From assembly GCF_964194025.1 (NCBI RefSeq), contig NC_134471.1:11284001-11348000 (forward strand): a stretch of DNA of 64,000 bases. The letters run 5' to 3'. The number at the start of each line of letters is the position of its first letter. The stretch's first letter is position 1. Made by a program: the position numbers and the translations under genes. This document shows, piece after piece, positions 39,310 through 52,811 of the stretch. The DNA is from Convolutriloba macropyga. Lineage: Eukaryota. The notes below the pieces were generated by a model. That model saw only the letters and a list, made by a program, of their open reading frames with translations. It did no database searches and was not told where the DNA came from.

Positions 39310-40069
39310 ATACCTGAGACGGAATCGCGAGTATCACAAGTGTTAAGAAAATCAATTTTTTTGTGATCTGTGTTGCATTTTTCTGCTCTTTGATTATAGT
39401 TTTGTATTCGAGTTTACGAGAACCCATCGCCAGCTTTGTCTAGAATATTTTGAAAGCCTCACCTGATAATTTTTTTCACTTGTAAAAGGAAAGTTCCTGG
39501 GACCCATGATACAAAAAAACACAATTCAACCCCTGGCATCGCGAATCCAAGTTTTCCGAAAAGGCGAAAAGTATAAAAGCCTTACAACCTTGTTAAATTT
39601 TAGCTTTCAATTAATTGTGAAACAGTTCACAGTTGTTAAATAGGATGTTGGTGGTAAATTATTTTTACTGTTCTGATATATATTATTTTCCCGTTTTTCG
39701 CTATTTCCTAGCAATCAACTTATGTTAGCAAGCAGATGTTAAATTCATTGTTCTGTAAAAACGAGTTCCTAATATTGAACTTGAATTAGAATTTTCTTAG
39801 AATTTTTTTCAAAATTATTTAGGATTTGTTCACTTTTACTGTTTTTTTTCTTGCGTCAACCAAAGTGATTAGTTTTGCCTTAGTTCTGTTTGAGTATAGC
39901 TTCATTTTCACAAAATCAGTTTTGGTTTGTCTGTGAAGGAAATCGATTTTTGCAGTAAATGTTCCGACTATATCGACAAATTTTTGCCCTGTTTATTTCC
40001 GTTGTGATTTTTCTAAACATCACTTTTGATACCAAAGGCACCCAACAGACAGTGAAATTGTTTTTATCT

Positions 40070-40226
40070 GATCTATTCTGTTTCGGCCCCCAGTGTTTTT
40101 TATGACCCCCCGTTGCAAGTTATATGTTGTTATATAGCACGTTACTATGTAAGAAAATAGCACGTGCGCCCGAGGGTCATAAAAGATTTATGATTACTAA
40201 GCTGGGGGGCCGAAACAGAATAGATC
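40070..40226. mobile_element. 157-bp MITE
   Basis: TIRs GATCTATTCTGTTTCGGCCCCC / GGGGGCCGAAACAGAATAGATC; inner IR TTTTATGACCC / GGGTCATAAAA; inverted partial relative at ~3610-3665. Confidence 0.8.
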
Positions 40227-40781
40227 CTTTTTATCTACGGAACCGCTGCTGCAGTAGCTCGAGCTGTTTGAAAAGTTGAGCTCAAAGGTTTGAAATTGGT
40301 TTTCGTTACATTAGAGATTCTTAGTGTTTTTGGAGCAACAGTCGTAAGTCTTGCTACCCTATATAAACGCACGTCTATTTTAGCATGCCTTCCTACCAGC
40401 TGATATATGATTCCGAAAACTAGGTGTAATGTCACTTACTTGAATTTTTTTCATCACGCCATTATATCACGTTATTTGTTGTTATATTTGTAAATATTAA
40501 GTTAATACTAGTGATCGCTAACTTAATTACAACCCATAACACCGTTTGTCAGCTATTAATATAAATATTTTGCGACATCAGTTTTAGGATCCCAGCGAAC
40601 CAACATCTCGCATCGGAAATTAAAGTCGACAATATACATTTTTAAATTCAAAGCTACAGCTATACAGTACTGGGTTTCGTTGTTAAAAAGTTTGGTTATT
40701 TTCCGATTATTTGATTCTTCAGTCAGCTGATTTCACACCCGGAAACCCTAACATTTGAACACATTTTTAGATTTTGCTTAC

Positions 40782-41721
40782 CGGAATAAGGCATGTAGAA
40801 GCCGTTCTTGTCATTAAGGTTGCAGATATACTTCCAGAAGTGTTTATCAGGGTCCCCGTTGACTGCCTTGACGAATTCGGTCAAAACTGGAACCAACTCT
40901 GAAGCCCACCAATCTAGTCCGAAAGTAACACTCATCTCGTTGACCTTGTCAATTATGGTTTGATAGTCATTCGATGTACCTAGAATGTGAATTTCGGGTA
41001 TTGCGCTCCGCACTGAAACAATGTAGCGACGAAATGCGTGGAGTTTGGCAGGTTTTTGGAAGTGTGGGTCTTGTGATCCTTGGCATACCTTCATTGAGAG
41101 AGCACTGGCCGTTGTTGAGCTGTTTGTTGCAATCAGGGGGTTGAAAATAGATTCGACTTCGTAAGGCGCAAAGCTGATTTTTCTCTGTTGAGTGCCAGTG
41201 TTTTTGTTCTTACGAAACTTCTGGTTGAAAATGTCAGAAACACTGTTAATGATAGCAGACCAATCCAGTTTTTCGTTCTCCTTTACGTAATGGTTTTGTT
41301 CAGTTTGAAGTGAGTCTGTAATATCGCCCAGAATTTCTGGGTTCAAATTTAGGTGAGTTGTCAGACCCTGTAGGATTGTGAACCATATTACATCCGGACT
41401 CAAAGCTAAAGGGAAGCGCTTGTTGGCTGCAACTTGAACTGCGTACAGCAAATTGTTACACGGTTCTTCAGCTATTAGAAATTCGGTCGTGTTTTCATCG
41501 GGGCAGTGGTTGAAGTTTTCAACACAGTACAATTTCAGGACGCCTTGTATGTTCTTGGGCTGTTTTCGGTTTGGGTAGAAAGCACAAGCCAGATTTTGTT
41601 CAACCTGGTCTTTGCTGTGGACAATATGCCGCTGAGGGTTCGGTGGCAACGAGTTTTCAACTCGGATTTTGGTAGTCGGAACAAATTCGCTTTCGGCTTT
41701 CAATCGAGTAGCAATTGTCAT
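40782..41721 (-). CDS. DUF4419 domain protein, exon 1 (gene span 37117-41721, spliced product 463 aa)
   Basis: NNLLYAVQVA..PLALSPDVIWFTILQGLTTHLN, IPEIHILGT..DY, WW..LVPVLTEF..GDPDKHFW are DUF4419-type motifs; strong donor G|GTAAGC at 40781. Confidence 0.85.
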
Positions 41722-42859
41722 CTTTGAAGTGCCTCAATTGAGATATCTATGAATTCTGATAATTATGGTTTAATTGTATTTTTATAGATTTAAATGTTTG
41801 TAGTAGAGATCTAAGTTGTTAAAATTTTGAAAGTAGAGCCTCGAAGTCAAGGAAAGTATGGAAACTTTAATTACAAATATTTTCTGTCAAATTTGAAGCT
41901 ATTTTTGACCAACACTGTAAATAAACATCAAATTTTATCTTGTGTAATTGTGTGTAAGTTTGATCAAAAGCGGTAGAAGCTGAAGTATTCAAAATAATGT
42001 GTGCGCTTTTGAAAAGTTGCATGTGCGTTTTTATTGATGGTATTGTTTGTTTGTATACAGTATGTTTACTGAAAGAAGCATAAAGAATGGTTTGGATTTA
42101 TCGTGCTGTCATACTAAAATGGATTTAAGTTTATCCATAGTCTTGTGCACATAAGTAAAGTGGAATTTCAATGCATCTGTCGGAATGATTTTTGTGTTAA
42201 TTAGCGGCAGATAAAAGTGTTTTATCCGTGCTAATTTTTGGATTTTGAGACATTTTAACCCCCTAAAGAAGCACTACACATTAAATTTATGATAACTGCT
42301 GAGCTGCCAGCAATTTCAGAAAAATGATTAACCGACGCATTCAATGGTGTCCCGCTTTTTCACCCCTGTATCATTTAACCCCTCTATCTTTTAACCCCTC
42401 TATCATTTCACCCCGATTTTAATCTTTCTACTAAATAAGGATAATTAAATTAGAATATAATCTTTTCGTCATGCCTCGCGGGCCATGGCCATGCCTCAGC
42501 GGCCCGTGGGACTTGATATGAAACTATCACAACCGAACGTGGGATTAATTTATCCACTTAATTATGACAAAACATGCCTTTAATGTTGACTGCTATTTTC
42601 AACAATCAAAAACTGCAATTTTAAAATGGTCGCCTCGAAAACGAGGATAACGAATTGTTGAACAGTGAGCTGAACAATAACCACCGGTAAATAGGAAAGG
42701 AAAAATAAAGAATAATCCTTTGTTGGGAGAAAACGCAACAATAAATAGGTAAAAGTTTCTGTGCAAATTAATATTTTGCAGATTCCTCTTATTTTGGAAT
42801 CCTCCAGGTCTTCTACTAATATTAATATTTATACATGTCTAAATTCGTTTTAGTTTGGC

Positions 42860-44047
42860 ATGACTAGCAAATCTAAAAATGACGTGGACAGTTGTTCTAT
42901 TGGTCAGAGCTGGAAAGAATTGGACCAGCTTTTGAGACCCCTGATTGGGAAAGAGAACCATTTGTCGCAATTACAGCTGACCTCAACCCTCCGATCTGTT
43001 CAACAAAAGATAAAACCTCACTTGGGAGTTTTACGTGATTGCGGAATGATCAAAACTTTCGAATCCTACATATTGCAAATGTTTGCTGCGTATTTCAGCT
43101 CCGAGGCGCTGCCGCAATTTTTGTTTAGCCTTAAAGCTATCCACAATTCAAGTGTATGCGGTGATATGAGCAATGTTTTCCTGGGCAATAACGTTGGTAT
43201 TGGGACTTTGAAATTGGAAAGCTTTATTGATTCTTCCCTTCTGCTGAAGGCATCGGTGACATGTGCAATTGAAACAATGAAAATGGTAGATAATTTATTC
43301 AATTTATCAACTAACTTATTCGAGAAGTCTGTTGATTTAATCAAGTCATTCATTATATACAACGTCGGAACAATCGATGGCTTGAACCTCGAATTTATTT
43401 TTGACAATTATTTTGAGATGTGCACAAATTCAGGTCAAAATCCAGATGGTCAATTTTCGCCTGATAAATTATTGCAGAATTCTAAGCAATATGATAACGA
43501 AAAGCTTGCTGACATTGACAGAAAATTTCACGACGCACTAAAATTTCTCTTTTCGTTATCGCTGTTTGACGAACTCTTTTGCAACCCGTTAAAGTTGTTC
43601 TTGATGACCAAAATTAAACAATCGGTTACTCAATTGTGTTCATGTGACTTTGCAAGTGCCGAAATTGAGTTTGGAGTCGTTGAGCAGTACGCCCAACAAA
43701 GGCTATTAGTTTTTGCTTGGGATATTTTGTCGCTCGCTTGGACTCGTGAAGGTGACGGAGAAAAGGGAAGTGCGTGTGGAAAACAAGGAACACATAAATG
43801 GTGGAAAAATTTCATACAAGATATTGTGATTCAGGAAGTGGCTTTGTTTCGCATTGAACAGATATTTAACATGATTGTTGAGTATCCTGACTCCCAACCA
43901 GCAATCGGGAATTTGATTTACCTGCTCAAAGCTAAAAACTTGTCAGATCATTTGGTCAATTCGGTCAAATCAGCGTTTGAGACGCGGTTATTGCATCCCG
44001 GGGCTAACACGAGTGAGATTTTGACACAGTATATCAACGCGATCAAG
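42860..44047 (+). CDS. ANAPC2: Anaphase-promoting complex subunit 2, exon 1 (gene span 42860-49060, ~864 aa)
   Basis: RIEQIFNMIVEYPDSQPAI..L..AFETRLLHPGANTSEILTQYINAIK matches APC2; donor AAG|GTTAGA. Confidence 0.93.
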
Positions 44048-44295
44048 GTTAGATTTTAGTCTTTTGTGGTCATGGTTAACAATAGTGCTGGTTGTTTAGT
44101 AAGTTCTGATCAACAATATATCACAAATGCCGGAGTAAGCTCACCCGTAGTCATTGAACTTTGCAAATTTTAAAGATCTTGTCAGGATATTTATATTGAT
44201 CTTGTGAAATTTTGAAATAACTTATCAAGATACGTAACGAGTTATGAAATGTTTTGGCAGCTAGTTCCATGACTGATATTTTTGGAATTGTTCAG

Positions 44296-44387
44296 GTGTT
44301 GCAGCAGTTTGATGAGACGTGTTCTATTCTGGACAGAACATGTGCACCACTGATTAAGTACCTCAGGTCTCGAGAGGACACTGTGAG
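44296..44387 (+). CDS. ANAPC2: ANAPC2 exon 2
   Basis: TTCAG acceptor, AG|GTAACA donor; VLQQFDETCSILDRTCAPLIKYLRSREDTVR matches APC2 P...YLR.REDTVR. Confidence 0.92.
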
Positions 44388-46552
44388 GTAACATTTTTAG
44401 AGTTCTTTATTTCAAACAGCCAAATTTTTTTTCAAAAGCGCTATTTTTCAAGAATCCTAAAGAATCATAGACAGATAAGGCATGTACATGGGTCGGAATT
44501 AAAACCATTTTATGTTTCTCCAACAATAAATAGTAATGAATTTTCAGTGTTCGATTTTTATTGGGTGTAGATTTAGGCTCTTTTGTCAGTTCAATTGATT
44601 TGGTTAATAATTTCAACAATTGAAAAAATGTCCTTCTTTGCCACTGCACTGTATCATGGTGTAGATGAACTTTTAGGTTTTGAAGGACCTTCTTTTTAAA
44701 ATAATTATTTGATTCATTTTTTGTTTTGGGTGTTTTTTCCTGCTATTTACAAAAAGTTTTTTATATATTACAGATTATATTTTGGGAATTAGTCGTGTAT
44801 TCATTTTTTTGTTTTGAGCTGCTCTCTTTTGTGGTGACTTATAGGACCCGATAATTGAGCGTGCGTTTTTTCGTCATTCAAAATCTTGACAACTTTTTGC
44901 TTGCTCGTTTTGCAGCAACTGCACGAGAATCATTTTCTTTGCTCGGATTGTTTCCTTTTCTCGTTTAGAGTGGCAGCGTAATTCATTTAGGTTTATACTG
45001 TTTTGCTCTATATTTTTCTACGCTCGTTTCAGTGCTTGACATAACTATTTCCCTCATTTTTCGTCAAATAATGAATAGTTTTTTTTTCTTTTTTTGAAAT
45101 GTTTTCGAGTGAAAATTGGCTCTTTTTCTCATATTTTGACTCTCTGGCGCGTGTACTACTTTGTTCGGGGCTTCAGGTTGATTCATTATTTCTGTCATTA
45201 GTTTTTGTGTGTCCTTCAATTGATTGTTTTTTTCTATGATTTGATTTGTTCGGCAACTTAAGAAATATTCTGTCTGAGTAACATTGTTTCTCAGCAGAGT
45301 GTAGTGTTATTTGTCTGGATGGTTTTGCTATGTTTTTGAGTTACCAATTCGAAATGCTTCAATCCGATTGTAATGTTTTGGCTCTATATTTTTATTTTCC
45401 ATTTTCTTCAGTTGGTTTAAAAAAATTTATGTAGACTACGCTGGTTTCACTGCTTGCGGTTACTGTTTCTCGTTTTTCATCGAAGTGTGAAAAAATTTGT
45501 CAGCCCTTTAAAAAATGTTTTTGAGTACAGTTAGGCAATATAAATTGTTTTTTTTTGTAATTTTTTTTCGTATTTTTATGTCTATTGCAAGAATTTTCTT
45601 CCATTGTGTTCTTGTGTCGTTTTTCGGCAGACCTCTTTTTATGATTGATTTTAATTTTTCAGCATCTGTTCAATAATAATTTTCTGTCTCAGCAACACGT
45701 TTTCTGAGCAAGTGCACTATGACGATGCTAAATTTTGGTTGCTTGAAAAAGACTTATGTAAATCTATACAGCACGAATTTAATATTTTGAAATTCACTTA
45801 GTACATTCTTCTCACTTCAGTTCAGTTGGTTGCTCGTATACTTAAATAAAAAATCTGCGGCAGAAAAAGCGTTTTTACCAGACCCGCACTCCGAATAGCA
45901 CTTAGCAAAAAAACCGCAATTGAAAGCCTTTATTGGAAAGGAAATTGCACCGACAACTGTCTCGACATAATACAGCACTTAGGACCACACCTACCAGAAG
46001 AGAGTTATCATATGCACTTTTACTTGTTCGGATGATTTTGCCTAGTTTAGAATTGTAGGTTCAAAGTATTGAAACTAGTGAAGTTATCGAAGCTTAAGTT
46101 AGGACCAGAACTTGCCCCGCATCTGTCGTTTGAGAGGCGTTTTCCATTTTAAGTCAGCTATGCTTCAATACACAAGCGACCAAAGGGTTGAATTGCCGTA
46201 TTTCGTCTCAAGGGTTCTTTTTCAAGTCTCGTTTTTTTTTAAAAAAAAGAAACGCCTTATAAAGATATTTGTATGCTGAACGTGTAGCGTAAATGTCATT
46301 TGACTCAAGAAAAATAAGGCCGACCGCATTTTTGAAACATCGGTGGAATTGAAACAAATTGAACAGGTGTTACCTCAATTGGTGTCGCACTGTTTTGCCG
46401 CATTTTATCCGTAGCAATGCTTTGATGCTAGTTTGCCTGCCTATCCTTGTTAGATTAAATTTTATTTGAACAGCAAATGTGGTCATCTAGTTTTTGACGA
46501 ATCTGCTCTAGCAACTAAAAATTCGCTTGATCTGTCATTGAGAACATTATAG

Positions 46553-46731
46553 ATGCATTGTTGGGAACATGACTGAAGATGCAGAGTTAGCTGGAGAACT
46601 GTTGAGACGATGTGAGCTGCAAGTGGCACCAGATCCATTTGAGAGTGACGATGAGGATGTTGATTGGAGAACTTGGAAACCCAAGTCACGTGATTTTGCA
46701 CCCAGTACCTTTGCACATTCAGGACGTTCAG
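46553..46731 (+). CDS. ANAPC2: ANAPC2 exon 3 (3' boundary uncertain)
   Basis: TATAG acceptor in phase 2 gives RCIVGNMTED..LAGEL..SDDEDVDWRTWKP, matching APC2 (IV..LT...LA.EL...W.PDP). A phase-1 donor is needed for the next exon. Confidence 0.8.
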
Positions 46732-47924
46732 GCATGGTTTCATTCTCATATCACATTCAAAAAATTGGAATTAAGTCCACTCGAGCGAGCAATTGTTGTA
46801 AACGTGTCTTTTGCAAAATTATTGCTTCAAATTTTTTCGTTTGCTTGGTCCAAAGAAACCGGTGAAGTAAAGCCGAAGAGCATAAATTCTTTGAGCAGCT
46901 CTGTTAGAGATTTACTAAGCTCCAATTTGAACTGTCCGGTTTGGCAAAGCTGCTCAGGAACGCTGCTCGAGGTGGTAGAAACTCATAGTCTCAAGGGTGT
47001 TTTGGGAGGTTTGGACGGCGCCCACGCTATCCTCAAACTTGTATGCTCGCCAACAGGCTGGGCATCCATCAGCTGAAAGTAGCTGCAACCAAAGCCAATC
47101 ACTCGCCGGTGATTTGAGAAAAATTCGTGCGAAGGTGATGGTTATTTGTTGTTGAAATAAATAATAAAATCTGTAGATTCAAGTATTGACATTTCCTGAA
47201 ACCATTTTCTTTTAACCGAACAGATAAGGCTATCTTGAATTTTTTTGGCACTCTTCCACTATAAATAGTAAAATGTTGATTGTTATGGTAAGGACTTTTT
47301 TAGGCTCTTAAATTTTTATCGATGTATTATGAACCAGGATGTTTTTGTGGTTCTCAAAAAATCAAAACATTGTTCTCCAGGGGGTTGGGGCGGGAGAAAG
47401 AAACAATTCTCATTTTGATTATTTTGTTTTTGTCTTGGAAATTTGAAACAAAATTGACGCACATATTTAAACTAAGCAAATCGTCTACGAAAAATTAAGA
47501 AAGCTAAGATGGCAATGAAGAAGCTAAAATTGTGTTGCTGTACAACTGATTCAACTCAAAATATGGTTCTATTTGATGGTTCCGATGCTGTTTTTTCAAA
47601 AAACCTTCATGTGTACTTAACTTTCTAGCATCATGTCTTGCAGCAAATTGTTCTCATTCTTTTGGGTCAAAATTAACTCAGTTTGAAACAACTAATGGTT
47701 CTGTCGTGTTATATACTCCCACGTGTCAGGAGTAGAGTGGAAAACAGCCGTTATAAAAAAACAGCTTTTTAATGGAACTTGAATTCCAGATGATATACAT
47801 GTTATCTTTAACCAATTCTACGAAATTTATCAATACTCGAACAGAACAGTACTTTCATGCACTTTTAAAAGATACTCGCTAGGGATCCTTTCAAAAATTG
47901 CTGTTAACTGTTTGTCCTTTACAG

Positions 47925-49060
47925 AATGGGAGATTATGACGGAAACTCCAGTTGTTCAGTCTCATCGGAATCAGGACATAATGAGCATCCTTGTCAACAT
48001 CTACGAATCGAAAGAGATCTTTGTTAACGAGTATCGATCTCTACTTGCGGACAGAATTTTACACAGCTCCAGTGATTTCGACTTGGACAAAGAAATTCGC
48101 CATTTGGAGTTATTGAGTTACAAGTTTGGTCATGACGAAATAAATAAGTGCAATGTCATGCTCCGTGATGTCGCGGAATCGAAGCGAACAAATGATCAAT
48201 TAAGTCAAACGTGGTCTGAATTTGATACTAATTTACAGCCAGAAGACCAGGAAATGTCTGAAAATAACGAGAACTCTAAAATCCAGAAGCCTGAATTTCC
48301 TATAAGAGCGACTATTTTGTCTGCACAATTCTGGCCGACACTAAAAGACGAAAAACTTGAATTACCACCTACTTTAAAGCTAGCGTTCCAAGCTTATAAG
48401 ATGAGTTTCGAGAGCGTGAAACAGAATCGAACGGTCGAATGGCTACATCAGCTGGGAAAAGTTGACATTGAATTGGAAACAAATGATGGCTCAGTTAGAT
48501 CTTTCACAGTAACTCCGGCACAAGCTGCAGTTTTGAGCATACTTGAATCACATCCTAAAATGAACCTGGATGATTTGAGTTCAATGCTCGCTATTTCGAC
48601 ATCAGCGGTTCGTAGAAAACTCGGAGCTCTTTTTTCACTCGGCGTTTTAGTCGAGCGCAATGGTATTATCGAAGTTGTAGAAGATTTCACGCATTCGTCA
48701 TCCAATCAGAGCTCGAGTGGTACTGCCACGTCATCACAAGCTGGAACGAGTTCGTCTTCGGCTGGACAGAGTATTGCCTTATATGGTAATGATGAAGATG
48801 ATAACAACTCGGCAATGGCGAATGATAAAGAGCTGAAAGAGGAAGAAATGAAATGTTATTGGATGTACACAGTTTCTATGTTGCGCAACCTTAAAAGTAT
48901 GTCAGCCGAAAATATACACTCGATGATTAAGATGTTCTCGAAAGCTGGAAATTCAACAGAGCTGTCTCAAGATGATTTAACAGCATTTTTGAACAAGAAA
49001 GTTCGAGAAGAGTTGCTGTGTTACTCAAATGGTGTTTACAGATTACCAAACAAGAACTAA
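47925..49060 (+). CDS. ANAPC2: ANAPC2 last exon (cullin homology and winged-helix domains)
   Basis: DIMSILVNIYESKEIFVNEYRSLLADRIL, CNVMLRDVAESKR, ILSAQFWP, W...LG.V.IEL, VTPAQA, IHSMIKMF, NGVYRL; stop TAA at 49058-49060. Confidence 0.95.
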
Positions 49061-51411
49061 TGGAAAAAGAACTTATTTGTAAATATCGGTTGTTTTGATG
49101 ATTAGTTGCCACTGTTAAAAAAAATTTGTCCCCTAAATTTTTGTAATGAGCTTTATTTGAGGATAGACAAACATAGATGTCTTCTAGCGAATAAAATTGG
49201 ACTTATTCTGTTTTGCACCCAGTAATTTTTGGACCCAATTAAAAATTGTTTTGTTATACAGCACATTACAATGTAAAAAAAATAGCAGGTGAACCGGGGT
49301 CTGTGCATGTTAAACTGGGTGGACGAAAAAAGAAAGACCCATAAAATCATTGTTCAAATGTGGTAATAAAGCGCTTATTTTTGTAATAAATGTCAGGAGT
49401 GTGTAATACTTGCCACGGAAATTGGTATTCAGTAGAATTTTTTGCAGAAAACAAATTAGCTCTTTTTCAATAATCTATTGTGGCAATATGTTTGTTTGTT
49501 GATCGTCAGTAGTATGTTGATAAGAAATCCTATAACAAATCCGGGATAAGAAATCCTATAACACGACGATAGAGATTATACGCCTCAGAAAGCTTCACTT
49601 TGAAGAAACACATGTAATGTATGTTTTTTAATTGCTCTCAAACGAAGCTTTTAGCAATCATTTGAATTTTGTTGTTCTTTTTGTGACTTTACTCCTTGAT
49701 AGATTTTTTGTCCGGTCATTTCATTTTTCAAGTGACTACCATACCAAGTTTAGTTGGATTTGAACATTTCCTAGACCCAACAAAATTTCTTTTTTTTATG
49801 AAAGATCTTAATGAAAATGTCCAAAATTACGCCCAAAAAGTCTGTCATTCGGACTCTATACCAACAGCAATCTCCCATGCCAAGTTTGATTGGATTTGAA
49901 CTACTACTTGACTTCCTGAATTTTGCCTGATCTAGATTGCTTTTATTCAGAATTTAAGCCGCTAACTTATTGCAACAGTTACTACTAAATGCCAAATCGA
50001 AAGTGCGCGAAAGTTGGTTTCATTTAAATTTTAGTAGTGTTATGTAGTAAGCTGCAATATCATTTATGCACCTGAGTTGAGTTATAACCATCTCCCCGGC
50101 TAATTTAAATCACAATTGACAGCCCGCGTGTTGGCTGAAATTGCGGACGGTCATTGGTTATGTTTAGTTCCGTTAAACCCAACCATATTTAGTGAAGAAA
50201 GGCATTAGTGGCATTGCTTACAAGGAAGCCGTTGATAAATTGCGTTTACGTTACTGTTTTGGATATTCTATATTTATTGGAGTTGCAGGTGGCTTCTGTG
50301 GAGTTGCAGGTGGCTTCTTTTCCTATATCGCTACGATATAGGAAAATTAGCGCAATTTGCATAAGATTGTTCCTCTGACACTCATTTCTAGTTTTGTTTG
50401 AAATACCACTGCTTAAACAGTTTTGTATGTATTCGCTGCTCTTCAGTCACTTCACCAGGCTTGAGATGATCAGTCCACCTAATTCCCTCGACAACAATTA
50501 CTCTGAAATTTGGTTAATTGTAAATTTCCTGTGATTACAGTTGACTGATCAAAGTTTTCTAATGGTCATTTTTGCAGAATCACTCCAGTAATCAAACTAA
50601 GGAGTAACAAGACAACTAGTTTAAATTCACTCTGTAACACGACCACTCTGTAAGTTTCAAAAATAGAAGAACTTCAAAACAATTGTAACTAAATTGATAT
50701 CGAGCAGTTCAGTTCTTGCAGGATCTTAGCAGATAACCGTACCAATTTGGCTAGGGTGACAGTTGACAATCTTGAAAGAAATTGTGCAAGTGATTAATTT
50801 TGAATAGAGAACTAATTTTGAATAGAGAACAAATGTGATTAATTTTGAATAGAGAACTCAAAATTGAATTATTGGAGCGCAGAATTGTTCAAAAATGTCT
50901 GGTAAGCAATAATGAAAACGGAAAAGGAAGCCTTAGAGAATCGTGAGAATATTGGCAGGAAACGTGGATTTGAAATGACCGAAGGTAAGGAATAATCTTC
51001 AAAATTGAGGACAATGTTTTGTAACTATATCAAACATGCCAAATTTGGTTTCCTTTGTCATTTAAATCTAAGCACTTGTCTATAATAGGCTCTAAAACCA
51101 TCATTTAAGACCGCTAAGGAAATTGAAACCCCTCCTCGGCTAAGGTAAGGAACATTTGACTGCCCGCAAGCGTTGGTTGGGAGGTATTTGGCGATGTTAG
51201 CATGTTGTGTTTAGTCCAAGAAAACCCAACGATATTGAGCAGAGAAATGCGTCGAATCGTTTATGTAGAATTCTTTGAGCGTTTGAACGATGGTATTTTG
51301 ATTTGTTCCTAGTAGTAATAGTTAAGCAAAAGTGGGGGGGGGGGGGGGGGTAAAAGGAAGTAAAGGAAGTACCTATGTATTAAGATTAGGTATAGCCCAT
51401 TTTCCCTCAAA

Positions 51412-52470
51412 TCCCAAAGATGTACCTCACAGCTTGATACCCACGCTGTTCACACGAGGGGGATTAGCAAGTTAATCCCTTAATATTAAATTAGGTCATT
51501 TACTCATTCCCATATTGCACTTTAATAATGTAAATTTCCAAAGACGTACTTCACAGCATGACACCCAAGCTGTTCTCTCAAAAGGGATTAGCTAGGTAAT
51601 GTTTTTATATTAAATTAGATAGGGTGACTCATTTACACTTATGTACGGCTTACGTGATTTTCAAAAGTGTACCTCACAGCATGATACCCAAGCTGTTCAC
51701 ACGAAGGGGATTAGCAAGACAGTGCCTTAACAAATTAGTAAGGACATTGACCCCCTACCATATTACAGTTTACTTATGTAAATTTCAAAAGACGTACCTC
51801 ACAGCATGACACCCAAGCTGTTCACACGAAGGGGATTAGTAAGACAGTTCCTTAACAAATTAGTAAGGACATTGACCCCTACCATATTACAGTTTACTAA
51901 TGTAAATTTCCAAAGACGTACCTCACAGCATGACACCCAAGCTGTTCACACGAAGGGGATAAGCAAGATAGTGACTTCACAACAAATTAATAAGGTCATC
52001 GACCCCTACCAAATTACACTTTAATAACGTAAATTTCCAAAGACGTACCTCACAGCATGACACCCAAGCTGTTCACACGAAGGGGATTAGCAAGATAGTG
52101 ACTTCACAACAAATTAATAAGGTCATCGATCCCCTACCAAATTACATTTTAAGAATGTAAATTTCCAAAGATGTACCTCACAGCATGATACCCAAGCTGT
52201 TCACACAAAGGGGATTAGCAACGTAATGTTTTAATTTTAAATTAGATAGGATGACTCATTTACAATTATGTACGGCTTAGGTGATTTTCAAAAATGTACC
52301 TCAGAGCATGACACCCAAGCTGTTCACATGAAAAGGATTAGCAAGATAGTGCCTTAACAACAAATCAGTAAGGTTATTGACCCCCAACCATATTACACTT
52401 TATTAATGTCAATTTCCAAAGACGTACCTCACAGCATGACACCCAAGCTGTTCACAGGAAAGGGATTAGC
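51412..52470. repeat. ~125-bp minisatellite, 9 units with a conserved ~50-bp core
   Basis: Core GTACCTCACAGCATGACACCCAAGCTGTTCACACGAAGGGGATTAGCAAG near 51422, 51546, 51669, 51794, 51918, 52045, 52173, 52295, 52423. Confidence 0.95.
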
Positions 52471-52811
52471 ATAAATCATTTTCTACATAACTTTCATTGT
52501 CTTAAAAAAATGTTTTATAAGATCTCATTGGCTACGAAGTTTTTGTTCCCTATTGTTCTTGTTTATACTTAAGTTTCATTGGCTCCACATTTCGAGGTTT
52601 TTTTAAGATGTTTCAATCATTTGTTTCTTTCCCCTTATTTTATTCAGTTACCCTTATTCATCCAGAGTTTCTTATTTGTTGCTTCCAGATCCCATATTTT
52701 GCTCAATTCACCAAAAGTGTCTACCAAAATTAGTAATTCTATTAACAGTAAATCTAATTCAAAATTCTAGACTGCTAATCATTTTTTTAATAATCTAACC
52801 TAGAAAAAAGA

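Noticed and set aside
42355-42415. Interstitial telomeric repeat (TTAACCCC)
   Set aside because: The period is ~16 bp with other sequence interleaved; it is not a contiguous telomere motif.
435-49060. Functional cluster of MAD2 and ANAPC2 (same pathway)
   Set aside because: They are ~38 kb apart with unrelated genes between them and the MAD2 copies look defective; no evidence beyond coincidence.
49519-50858. Short direct duplications (GATAAGAAATCCTATAACA x2, TGGAGTTGCAGGTGGCTTCT x2, TAATTTTGAATAGAGAAC x3)
   Set aside because: Ordinary slippage-type duplications with no further structure.
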